From contig CP060262.1 of the NCBI GenBank assembly GCA_022646745.1, positions 3,180,001 to 3,212,000 on the forward strand: a DNA stretch of 32,000 bases, written 5' to 3'. Shown in pieces: positions 21,121-29,378 of the stretch. Position numbers and translations under genes: made by a program. Numbering within the stretch: the stretch's first letter is position 1; every line of letters begins with the position of its first letter. The notes beneath the pieces were generated by a model, which was not told the origin of the DNA, did not search any database, and worked only from the letters and a program-made list of their open reading frames with translations. The DNA is from Planctomycetales bacterium (GTDB lineage: Bacteria > 4484-113 > JAFGCY01).

Positions 21121-22602
21121 ATGAATCGACAACCTGACAACAGACTTCCGCCCGTAAATAGCTCTTTGTCCAGTCTTCCCTACTGGGAAAGCTGTGATGG
21201 TGGAACACTGGTAATCAGTTGTTCAGGAGGAATAGACAGCGTGGTACTCGCCCACGCCACGGTGGGGGTTATTGCAAGGCTGGACCGTCTCGGGAAATGG
21301 GAGAAATCCGCTCCTCAGGTACTCCTCTGGCACCTGAGACACGGAATCCGTGAGGAAGATGGAGCGGATGCCAGGTTTGTCGAGGAGCTGGCTCAACAGC
21401 TGGGGGTCAAGGCAATCATTGAAGAAGCTGACGTCCCAGCGGAAAGGCAGCCTGGCAAAGACAGCCTGGAATCAGCAGCGCGCCGGATCCGCTATTCAAT
21501 GTTGCTTGACTGCATGGAAAAGTATGAGAAGTGCATTGCCTTCACAGCACACCATGCCGATGACAACGCTGAGACCATCCTGTTCAACCTGGTCCGTGGG
21601 ACAGGGCCTGCCGGCCTGCGAGGGATCAGCCCGGTCTATGGCGGCAATATCCACCGTCCCCTGCTTTCTGTCAACCGTGAGCAGATCAAGGAATATGCCA
21701 AATCCAATAACCTTGAATGGATGGAGGACAGCAGTAACCTTGACACGGGTATTAGCCGCAACCTAATCCGGCATGAGGTCATTCCGAGGCTGGAGCAGAT
21801 CAATCCTGCGGCTGTGGAGCACATCAACCGACTTGCCAGAATGAGCCGGGAAGGACTTGGCAATCCAGTCAAACCCGTTTCCAGGCTGATTGCAAACAAG
21901 TCAATCTTCAGGGAGCTGCCGCTGATCAGCTATCCGGACCGGGCATGTGGCGTGGCAGGCATGGAACTGGATGGATTTGATCCGCTAACCAGCAACGAAG
22001 CCGTGGCAGCCCTGCTTGGCAGGATCGGGGCCCGGGTTGACAATGCATCGATTGAGGCCATCTGCTGCGGATTGCTGGGCGAACTTGAATTCCATGACAG
22101 TGGAGACAGGCACTTCAGTTTTCCAGGGTCTGGAGTTGTCTACTGGGAAAGCACGATAGCCAGCGACGAACGGCCTCAGATCATTCCGGAGTTGAGCCGT
22201 TTCAGGAAAGTCTACACAGACGAACAGCGCCGTGAACTGCTTGGCAACATGAACCTTGATGCACAGCGTTATCCGCGCTGGGAAAAGTGGATCAGGGGAT
22301 TGCTTGAGCCCCATATGTTACGTGCATGGAATGTGCTGTTGCCCCATTCCGGCAACACCCAGTACAAACTCCGTACGCGGAGGCAGGGTGATCGCATCCA
22401 GCTACCTGATGGCGGCACAAAGAAGCTGGGAGATGTGTTCACTGACTACAGAATCCCGGTATTCCTGCGGGACTGCTGGGCTGTAATGGTGGATGGAGAC
22501 GACCAGCCGGTCTGGTTGCCCGGGCTTGCGGACAGTGCAACGATGCATCGTACAAGCGACAGCAAACAGTACGAGTATATGGTGTTGAGCCCGCTAAAAT
22601 AG
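21121..22602 (+). CDS. tilS: tRNA(Ile)-lysidine synthetase
   Basis: It has the PP-loop SCSGGIDSVVLAH, HHADDNAETILFNLVRGTG, and a C-terminal TilS domain (GDRIQLPDGGTKKLGDVFTDYRIP). Confidence 0.9.
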   Translation: MNRQPDNRLPPVNSSLSSLPYWESCDGGTLVISCSGGIDSVVLAHATVGVIARLDRLGKWEKSAPQVLLWHLRHGIREEDGADARFVEELAQQLGVKAIIEEADVPAERQPGKDSLESAARRIRYSMLLDCMEKYEKCIAFTAHHADDNAETILFNLVRGTGPAGLRGISPVYGGNIHRPLLSVNREQIKEYAKSNNLEWMEDSSNLDTGISRNLIRHEVIPRLEQINPAAVEHINRLARMSREGLGNPVKPVSRLIANKSIFRELPLISYPDRACGVAGMELDGFDPLTSNEAVAALLGRIGARVDNASIEAICCGLLGELEFHDSGDRHFSFPGSGVVYWESTIASDERPQIIPELSRFRKVYTDEQRRELLGNMNLDAQRYPRWEKWIRGLLEPHMLRAWNVLLPHSGNTQYKLRTRRQGDRIQLPDGGTKKLGDVFTDYRIPVFLRDCWAVMVDGDDQPVWLPGLADSATMHRTSDSKQYEYMVLSPLK

Positions 22603-22606
22603 ATCC

Positions 22607-23992
22607 GTGCCGGCATACACGACCAGCGATACCATCGTCGCCCCAGCCACTGTGCCGGGACGCAGCGCCATCGCCATGCTGCGCCTCAGTGGGCCAAAGG
22701 CCTTTGACATGCTGCTGGATATCATGCCGGGCACCAACCAGGTTCCGCAGCATCGGCTGAACCTGCTGCAGGAAATCGAAATCAAAGCGCCGGCAGAAGC
22801 TGGGCTACCTAACCTTTGCGAGCAGGCGATGGTTTGTTGCCACCACGCCCCGCGCAGCTACACAGGTGACAACCTTGTTGAGATAAGCATGCATGGCAAT
22901 CCTTTGCTACTTGAGAGGGCAATCACATCCCTGGTACAGTCCGGAGCAAGGCTTGCCGAACCGGGAGAGTTCACATTCCGCGCCTACGTCAACGGCAAGC
23001 TGGACCTGATCCAGGCAGAAGCCGTGCATGAACTGATCAATGCCGGAAGCAGTTCTGCCTTGGCACTGGCCCAGACGGCTCTCGGAGGCCTGTCAGGAGC
23101 TCGTGTCAGTGTCTGGCAGGAACAGCTCCTCAACATTGTCACGCGAATAGAACTGATACATGACTATGCGTCTGACGACCTCGATGCCAGTGTGCAGGCG
23201 GAGGATGTCCTTACTCCAGCAGAACTGGCCCAGTCCTTGCAGAAAATGCTGGGTGAACTGGAATCAGCCCTGGAGGACAGCAGCCGCGGTGGCCTGATCC
23301 GGCACGGCCTGAGCCTCGCCATCGTTGGGGCACCGAACGTCGGCAAGAGCACACTGTTCAATGCACTGCTTGGATATGACCGAGCACTGGTGCACCATGC
23401 GCCGGGAACCACGCGAGACTATCTCAGCGAGTCAGTCGAATTTGGTGGACTGAGCTTTACACTTATCGACACGGCAGGCCAGCGCAGTGCCAGCGATGAC
23501 GTTGAAAGTGCCGGGGTGCAACTTGCCCAGGACTGGGCACGCAGTGCTGACATGGTTATATTCGTAAGTTCCGCTGATGAGAACGCAGTGGAACCTCTAC
23601 AAGCTGACAACCCAAGTGCAGGAAGGCAGGTACTCCATGTACATACCCGCTGTGACATCCTTGATGTCTGGCCAGAAGATGGCAACGGCGTGTTCCACGT
23701 GAGTGGTAAAACCGGCCAGGGCATCGAGCAGCTGCGATACCACATCGTCACTTTATGTGGACTTACTGAAGGCAGCGTGCTGGCAGCATTCAACCGCAGG
23801 CAGGCCGCACTGATAGATTCCTCAGTGCAGAACCTCAGGCTGGCATTGAAAGCGCTGGAAAACGGTATGCCAATGGACGCAGCCGCGCAGGATATCCACC
23901 TGTCCCGGGAATGCCTGCTCGATGTCAACCACAGCTCCAGCCGCCAGGACGTCATAGACCACATCTTCAGCAGCTTCTGCGTGGGCAAGTAA
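22607..23992 (+). CDS. mnmE: tRNA uridine-5-carboxymethylaminomethyl modification GTPase MnmE
   Basis: The N-terminal DTIVAPATVPGRSAIAMLRLSG, the G-domain (GAPNVGKSTLFNALLG, DTAG) and the C-terminal FCVGK (CxGK motif) are all present. The start is GTG. Confidence 0.93.
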   Translation: MPAYTTSDTIVAPATVPGRSAIAMLRLSGPKAFDMLLDIMPGTNQVPQHRLNLLQEIEIKAPAEAGLPNLCEQAMVCCHHAPRSYTGDNLVEISMHGNPLLLERAITSLVQSGARLAEPGEFTFRAYVNGKLDLIQAEAVHELINAGSSSALALAQTALGGLSGARVSVWQEQLLNIVTRIELIHDYASDDLDASVQAEDVLTPAELAQSLQKMLGELESALEDSSRGGLIRHGLSLAIVGAPNVGKSTLFNALLGYDRALVHHAPGTTRDYLSESVEFGGLSFTLIDTAGQRSASDDVESAGVQLAQDWARSADMVIFVSSADENAVEPLQADNPSAGRQVLHVHTRCDILDVWPEDGNGVFHVSGKTGQGIEQLRYHIVTLCGLTEGSVLAAFNRRQAALIDSSVQNLRLALKALENGMPMDAAAQDIHLSRECLLDVNHSSSRQDVIDHIFSSFCVGK

Positions 23993-23994
23993 GC

Positions 23995-24933
23995 ATGCAG
24001 GATCGCAGCAAGGGCATCATATTCGCCCAGCTCAATGCATTCTGCGCCGGCATGCACTTCGCAGCCGGGGTTCTGCCGCTCTCCCAGATCAGCCGCCAGA
24101 CTGGCAATGACATTGCGGCCGGCATCGTGATAGCTGCCATGTACTACCTTGTAGCTGCACCCGTAAACACCATGTGGTGGGGGCTGACAAGGCTGAAGTT
24201 GATCCCGGTCATTGGTAAGCAGCCTGAACTGCCAGGCAGTGCTCCCGGCCAGAAAGGCGTACTGCTTAGCGCCGTCCACATCCTCTGTTCCGCCCTGGGA
24301 ATTGCCCTCTTCTGGATGGGCATGCAGCATGCGACAACAGCAATCGCGGCAGTGCTCAGCCGGCTTGAGATCCTGTTCGTGATCGTGATGGGATTCACCC
24401 TGCTGCGTGAAAGGTTCAGCCACTGGCAATGGATCGGATTCGCATTGACATTGTGTGGCATCCTGCTGATCCGCCAGGCACCGCTGCACGGTGACATGCG
24501 AGGCATTACTATCCTTCTGTGCAGTGCGCTGAGTTTTGCTGTTGCCCTTGTCGCCGGCAAACTGGCAATGCAGCACGTCTCAGTCCAGGCCTTGATGCTG
24601 GTTCGTGCCTGGAGCATGGCTGCCCTGCTCTGCCTGGCCTGGCTGATGGTCTGGCCGCAATTGCCGCAGCTTGATGCAAGGGGCCTGATGTGGCTGGTGA
24701 TCTCAGCCGTGTCCGGTCCGTTCCTTGCGCGCAACAACTACATGCTGGCAGTCAGCTACCTGCCGGCCAGCCAGGTCGTGCTGCTCAACCAGGCGCAGCC
24801 AATATATGCAGCACTGCTGGGATTCCTGCTCAATGCCGAAATTCCCGGGTCAATGGTAGTCCTTGGCGGGGCCGCCATCATCCTCGGGAACATCGTGCTG
24901 ATTGTGGCGAGGGATCGCGGCTCAAACAGCTGA
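23995..24933 (+). CDS. DMT superfamily (EamA-like) transporter
   Basis: It has about 10 hydrophobic helices in two halves. Each half ends in an EamA-like segment: LEILFVIVMGFTLLRERFSHWQWIGFALTLCGILLI and QPIYAALLGFLLNAEIPGSMVVLGGAAIILGNIVLI. I used the ATG at 23995, because the ORF-track start at 23911 overlaps mnmE. Confidence 0.78.
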   Translation: MQDRSKGIIFAQLNAFCAGMHFAAGVLPLSQISRQTGNDIAAGIVIAAMYYLVAAPVNTMWWGLTRLKLIPVIGKQPELPGSAPGQKGVLLSAVHILCSALGIALFWMGMQHATTAIAAVLSRLEILFVIVMGFTLLRERFSHWQWIGFALTLCGILLIRQAPLHGDMRGITILLCSALSFAVALVAGKLAMQHVSVQALMLVRAWSMAALLCLAWLMVWPQLPQLDARGLMWLVISAVSGPFLARNNYMLAVSYLPASQVVLLNQAQPIYAALLGFLLNAEIPGSMVVLGGAAIILGNIVLIVARDRGSNS

Positions 24934-25389
24934 TCAGCTGCGGGAGTGCACCCCTGAACCATTGCCATTCATCAGGCTGTGGATCACGCCGATGCTGCCT
25001 GTAACGAACAGCAGCGGACAGACAAACAGCGCGAGGATGAAGAAGAACCCCTCCTCCGGTGCGCCGAACCAAGTACCTGCCAGGTAACTAACGACATTGT
25101 GGAGCACGATGCAAGCTGGTGTGCCAATCGTCGCCAGCGCAACCATGCACAGGAAGATGTTAAGTGGCTTGTCCTTCAAGCCTGCTCTGAGCACCACCAG
25201 TAGCTCAGCCACGCCCAATGCCGCCAGCACGCCAACAGCAGGCAGGAATGCCACACCAAGTGCCTGCTTCAGGCCAGAGCCCTGCACGGGCATGAATGCC
25301 CAGATGATCAGCATGCTGTAGATTGCCAGGATCACCCAGAAAAGCCTGAGTGCCACTCCGGTCAACTTATGGGCCTGCAATTCTCCCAT
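24934..25389 (-). CDS. Hypothetical integral membrane protein (about 4 TM helices)
   Basis: Hydrophobic helices are clear: VALRLFWVILAIYSMLIIWAF, LGVAFLPAVGVLAALGVAELLVVL, IFLCMVALATIGTPACIVL and FFFILALFVCPLLFVTGSIGVI. A GAGGGGAGA SD lies 6 nt before the ATG at 25389. The ORF-track GTG at 25443 is less likely. I recognise no family. Confidence 0.5.
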   Translation of the reverse strand: MGELQAHKLTGVALRLFWVILAIYSMLIIWAFMPVQGSGLKQALGVAFLPAVGVLAALGVAELLVVLRAGLKDKPLNIFLCMVALATIGTPACIVLHNVVSYLAGTWFGAPEEGFFFILALFVCPLLFVTGSIGVIHSLMNGNGSGVHSRS

Positions 25390-25452
25390 CTCTTGTCTCC
25401 CCTCGCTGAAATGAGTACCAGCGAGCGTTTTTGTTATCTGCACTACGCCCCA

Positions 25453-25481
25453 ATAATAACATTGTTATTATCGCTCTGCAA
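25453..25481 (-). promoter_or_regulatory. Candidate sigma-70 promoter overlapped by a 19-bp perfect AT-rich palindrome
   Basis: On the minus strand: TTGCAG (25481-25476), a 17-nt spacer, and TATTAT (25458-25453). The palindrome ATAATAACA-T-TGTTATTAT at 25453-25471 covers the spacer and the -10 element. Confidence 0.45.
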
Positions 25482-25511
25482 TAAAAACCCAAGATGAGAT
25501 TCAATCTCTTG
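25481..25511 (-). terminator. Candidate intrinsic terminator downstream of secA
   Basis: The minus strand reads CAAGAGATT-G-AATCTCaTCTTG, an imperfect hairpin with one bulge at 25490-25511. GGTTTTTATT follows it. Confidence 0.5.
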
Positions 25512-25531
25512 TTTTCGTTGTCTTCCTCTGG

Positions 25532-28495
25532 CTAGACTTCCGTCGGTTTCTCGCCGTAATTCGCTTCGTACTGCTCCACCCAGTCCTCCGGCGGATTACC
25601 GTTGTCTTCCTTGATATGGCACTGCTTGTACTTCTTGCCGCTGCCGCAATAGCACTTCGAGTTGCGGCTGATCTTCGCTGCCGCCCTGCGCGTAGTCTCT
25701 ACCTTCACCCGTTCGGCCACTGCGGTGCCTCCGCCGCCAGTGCCCGGTTCGACGGGCTTACTCTCGCTGCGGATGTTGTAGGAACTACGAGCCTGCGGCT
25801 TCTGTTCCTCGACATTCAGCCTGACAAGGAAGATCTTGCGGATCACGTCCAGCTGGATCGTTTCCTTGAGGTTCTCGAACTCCGCAAAGGCTTCCTGGGC
25901 ATAGACCACGACAGGATCCTGCTGGCCATAGCCACGCAGTGAAACTCCACTGCGCAGTTCATCCAGCAGGCTCAGGTGGTCGATCCAGTGTTCATCGATA
26001 GCCTTCAGCGAGATGACACGCTCTATCTCCCGCATGCTGGCAGCACCGGTATCAAACGCCTTCTCTTCGATTTCCGCATCACTGACATCGGGATTCTGTC
26101 GGCGCAGGATGAATTCCCCGATCTCCTTCTGCTTGTCGTCGTAGCGCTTGACGACCATGTCAAACAGCAGGTCCTTGATTTCCTGCGTACTGCGGCCCTT
26201 GATGTGCTCAGGCTCCAGGTCATACAGCGGGAAGTTCTGCCTGGCATCCTGGTAGATGCCCGGTTCGTTGATCTCTATGTCACGGCCGTGTGCAGCACTG
26301 TTGTCATCCACAACGCGATCCACTGCGGCCTTGATGAATTCAAGGGTCTGGGCCCGCAGGTCGCCGCCGCTGAGAATGCGGTCACGCTCACCGTAGATCA
26401 CCTGGCGCTGCTTGTTCATCACATCGTCAAATTGCAGGATGTGCTTGCGGGTCTCGAAGTGGCGTCCTTCAACCTTCTTCTGTGCATTCTCGATGGACCG
26501 GGTCAGCATGCCGCTCTCGATCGGGACATCCTCCTCAATCTTCAGCATCTCCATCAGCTGTTCAACGCGCTCGCCACCGTACATCTTCATCAGGTCATCC
26601 TGCAGCGAGAGGAAGAAGCGCGATTCACCGGCATCACCCTGGCGACCACTGCGGCCGCGCAGCTGGTTGTCAATCCGTCGCGACTCGTGGCGCTCACTGC
26701 CGAGCACATACAGGCCACCGGCCTGCTTCACCTTCTCGGCTTCGGCCTCGAACTCCGGCTTGAGCTCCTTTACGATTGCGCGGAACTCATCGTCATGGTC
26801 ATCCGGGTTCTTGCCTTCCTTCAGCAAGCGCTCGCGGGCCACGAATTCCGGGTTGCCACCGAGCACGATATCGGTTCCACGACCTGCCATGTTGGTGGCG
26901 ATCGTCACAGCACCGAAGCGCCCGGCCTGGGCCACGATGAAGGCTTCCTGCTCGTGGTACTTCGCGTTCAGCACCTTGCAGGGCACGCCTGCCTTCGTCA
27001 GCATGCGTCCGAGGATCTCACTCTTGTCAATCGAGGTCGTTCCGACGAGGATCGGCTGGCCGATTTTGTTTCGTTCCTTCACTTCCTCAACGATCGCGTT
27101 GTACTTGGCCGGCACGTTCTTGTAAACGACATCCGGCTGGTCCTTACGGGAAATCGGCTTGTTCGTCGGTACCACGACGACATCCATGCCGTAAATCTTC
27201 TTGAACTCCTCTTCCTCGGTCTTGGCCGTACCTGTCATACCGGCCAGCTTGTTATACATGCGGAAGAAGTTCTGCACCGTAATGGTTGCCAGGGTCTGGG
27301 ATTCCGGTTTAACATCCAGTCCTTCCTTGGCCTCGATTGACTGGTGCAGGCCCTCGCCGAAGCGGCGGCCGTACATCAGGCGTCCGGTGAACTCGTCAAC
27401 GATCACGATCTGTCCATCCTTGACGATGTAATGGTCGTCGAGGTAGTACAGCGCGTGGGCGCGCATTGCCTGCTGCACGTAGTGCGCGAACTCAGTGTTC
27501 ACGTAGGCATACAGGTTCTTGCCAGCTTCCGGATCGTGCTCATCCTCCTGCAGCACGTCATCGAGCGCCTTCTCGACCTTGGCCAGTCCCTTCGGGGTCA
27601 GGGCAACGGTATGCTGCTTGCGGTCGTATTCAAAGTCCCAGGTCTTGTCCTTGTCCTTGTCGATCTTCTTGGCAAGCTGCTGTTCCCACAGGTCCTTCGG
27701 CTTGTCCTCGCCCGTGATCTCCTTGACCTCCAGGCTGCGGATCAGCTTGTCGACACGGCTGTACATGCTCGTGTCCTCATTGCTGGAACCGGAGATGATC
27801 AGCGGAGTACGGGCCTCGTCGATCAGGATAGAGTCGCACTCATCGACGATGCCGAAGTTCAGCGTGCCCTGCGTAATCTGCTCACGGTGCACCACCATGT
27901 TGTCACGCAGGTAATCGAAGCCGTATTCATTGTTCGTGCCGTACACGACATCGCATCCGTACACATCCTTGCGCGGCTGGCCACGCAGGTCATGCTGCAG
28001 CACGCCAACGGACACGCCGAGGTAACGGTAGATCGGTCCCATCCATTCCGCACCGTGGCGCGCAAGGTAGTCGTTGACGGTGATTAGGTGACTGCCCTCC
28101 CCTGTCAGTGCATTGAGCACCAGCGCAGGCACAGCGCCAAGGGTCTTTCCCTCACCGGTCTTCTGTTCGGCGATACGGCCCTCATGCAGCGCGATTGCGC
28201 CGATCATCTGCACGTCGTAGTTACGCAGGCCGAGCGTCCGGACTGCCGCCTCGCGGGTGATTGCAAACACTTCAGGCAGGTGCTTGCTGAGAATGGTCTC
28301 TACCTGCGTTGAAGTCGCGCCGTGCTTTTCCACTTCAGCACGGATTTCCTTGCGGATCGCCGCGATGCGTTCCTTGACGTCCGTTTCGGACATTTGCTGC
28401 ACACGGGGTTCGAGTTCGTTGATCTTGTCAGCGACCTTGCGCAGTCTTGCGAGGTCGCGCTTGTTTGAGTCAAACAGCTTAGTTAGAAAGTCCAT
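25532..28495 (-). CDS. secA: Preprotein translocase ATPase SecA
   Basis: The 987-aa product has canonical SecA motifs: MQTGEGKT-like QKTGEGKTL, DEVDSILIDEARTPLIISG-like DECDSILIDEARTPLIISG, TNMAGRGTDI and RGRSGRQGD. It also has the C-terminal zinc-binding tail CYCGSGKKYKQCH. A GGTGA SD is present. Confidence 0.97.
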   Translation of the reverse strand: MDFLTKLFDSNKRDLARLRKVADKINELEPRVQQMSETDVKERIAAIRKEIRAEVEKHGATSTQVETILSKHLPEVFAITREAAVRTLGLRNYDVQMIGAIALHEGRIAEQKTGEGKTLGAVPALVLNALTGEGSHLITVNDYLARHGAEWMGPIYRYLGVSVGVLQHDLRGQPRKDVYGCDVVYGTNNEYGFDYLRDNMVVHREQITQGTLNFGIVDECDSILIDEARTPLIISGSSNEDTSMYSRVDKLIRSLEVKEITGEDKPKDLWEQQLAKKIDKDKDKTWDFEYDRKQHTVALTPKGLAKVEKALDDVLQEDEHDPEAGKNLYAYVNTEFAHYVQQAMRAHALYYLDDHYIVKDGQIVIVDEFTGRLMYGRRFGEGLHQSIEAKEGLDVKPESQTLATITVQNFFRMYNKLAGMTGTAKTEEEEFKKIYGMDVVVVPTNKPISRKDQPDVVYKNVPAKYNAIVEEVKERNKIGQPILVGTTSIDKSEILGRMLTKAGVPCKVLNAKYHEQEAFIVAQAGRFGAVTIATNMAGRGTDIVLGGNPEFVARERLLKEGKNPDDHDDEFRAIVKELKPEFEAEAEKVKQAGGLYVLGSERHESRRIDNQLRGRSGRQGDAGESRFFLSLQDDLMKMYGGERVEQLMEMLKIEEDVPIESGMLTRSIENAQKKVEGRHFETRKHILQFDDVMNKQRQVIYGERDRILSGGDLRAQTLEFIKAAVDRVVDDNSAAHGRDIEINEPGIYQDARQNFPLYDLEPEHIKGRSTQEIKDLLFDMVVKRYDDKQKEIGEFILRRQNPDVSDAEIEEKAFDTGAASMREIERVISLKAIDEHWIDHLSLLDELRSGVSLRGYGQQDPVVVYAQEAFAEFENLKETIQLDVIRKIFLVRLNVEEQKPQARSSYNIRSESKPVEPGTGGGGTAVAERVKVETTRRAAAKISRNSKCYCGSGKKYKQCHIKEDNGNPPEDWVEQYEANYGEKPTEV

Positions 28496-28568
28496 TGCTT
28501 CACCTGTTCAGGATTCTTGCATTACGAGAGGCCAGCAGGCCAGGAAGGAATGCGTAATCAATCCTGAG

Positions 28569-28895
28569 TCAGGGAGCCCGACTGCGTTGCGAAACAGAGG
28601 CAAGCAGTCTGCCTGCACTGTCTTGCCGAAGGCTGAAACCAGTCCGCACAGCCGTCCGGCGTCCCGCCAACGGAGCAATAGGGGACAGGCTGTGCGCCGC
28701 ATAGCGGATCAGCGAATGCAGGTCAACACTGCCCAGCATCCTGAGCTGGGCCCGCAGCAGGGGCTGGACGGCATCTGCCTGGCTCAGCTCCTGGCGCGTG
28801 CGGGTGTCAAACACCCGGACGGGCAGCTGCGCAAGCTGGCCCTGCGCCATCAGCGTGGCGCAGATCAGCAGCAGTGCCGTCATGTAGTGGTTCAT
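28569..28895 (-). CDS. Hypothetical small protein, possibly exported; may not be a real gene
   Basis: This is the only sense-strand ORF in the 420-bp gap between the dksA-like gene and secA. It has a hydrophobic N-terminus (MNHYMTALLLICATLMAQG). It has no convincing SD, an Arg/Ala/Leu-rich composition typical of GC-rich noise, and no family I recognise. Confidence 0.3.
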   Translation of the reverse strand: MNHYMTALLLICATLMAQGQLAQLPVRVFDTRTRQELSQADAVQPLLRAQLRMLGSVDLHSLIRYAAHSLSPIAPLAGRRTAVRTGFSLRQDSAGRLLASVSQRSRAP

Positions 28896-28917
28896 GGCTT
28901 ACAGGTAGGTTGTACGC

Positions 28918-29301
28918 CTATCCGCGCTCGTAAGCGTCAATTTCTTCCTGGACTTCGATGCAGTACCGGGCCCAGGGGATCGCCTGCAGGCGGGCCGGCT
29001 GGATGCTCTTGCCCGTCTTCTGGCATATGCCGTAATACCCTTCCTCGATTGCGTTCAATGCATCCTCGATGTCACGCAGGGTCTTCTCCAGGTTACGGAT
29101 CATCAGCTCGTCCTTCACGAGCTCACTGCTTTCGTTGATGTAGTCGCTGTCGGGATCCCCGGAACTGCGATCATAGCCCTTGTTCTCATCGAGGCTCTTC
29201 TTGATCTTCTTCTGCAGTCCCGTGAGCTGCTTGGTCAGCTCAGCTTTCTTATCCTCAAGCAGTTTCTGGTACTTGGGGAGGTCAGCTTCCTTAATGGCCA
29301 T
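28918..29301 (-). CDS. DksA/TraR family RNA-polymerase-binding protein, C2 variant (two of the four zinc-finger Cys replaced)
   Basis: A coiled-coil-like N-terminal half is followed by EEGYYGICQKTGKSIQPARLQAIPWARYCIEVQEE. This matches the DksA C-terminal module, but with C93-x2-T96 and C114-x2-V117. A GAGGA SD is present. Confidence 0.85.
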   Translation of the reverse strand: MAIKEADLPKYQKLLEDKKAELTKQLTGLQKKIKKSLDENKGYDRSSGDPDSDYINESSELVKDELMIRNLEKTLRDIEDALNAIEEGYYGICQKTGKSIQPARLQAIPWARYCIEVQEEIDAYERG

Positions 29302-29378
29302 TCAGTCATCCTCTTGTAGGTTTGAGGTGCCAAATATTACTCGAATACATGCACCACTGCAAGTGTTATGATCAGCGA

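Noticed and set aside
25390-25443. ORF-track upstream starts taken at face value: GTG 25443 for the membrane protein, GTG 6026 for the crotonase gene and ATG 13664 for feoA.
   Set aside because: In each case an internal ATG has a much better Shine-Dalgarno sequence: GAGGGGAGA-6 nt-ATG at 25389, and GGAGG-6 nt-ATG at 5999. For feoA the internal ATG at 13622 fits the predicted promoter. The longer forms remain possible but are less likely.
25976-27340. Long antisense ORFs inside well-supported genes. Examples are 25976-27340 (+), 26412-27125 (+) and 27344-28087 (+) opposite secA. Others are 3315-4151 (+) opposite the Fe-S oxidoreductase, 1376-2083 (-) and 1708-2211 (-) opposite hutH/SDR, and 17620-18426 (-) opposite the cytochrome. 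The list also includes 23419-24576 (-) opposite mnmE/EamA, 14350-15066 (-) opposite MocR, 4972-5616 (+) opposite the crotonase gene, and 28257-29138 (+).
   Set aside because: These are shadow ORFs typical of GC-rich DNA. Their translations are low-complexity (Arg/Ala/Ser/Leu-rich or His/Val/Leu-rich) and carry no recognisable motifs. Each lies opposite a gene with strong family signatures.
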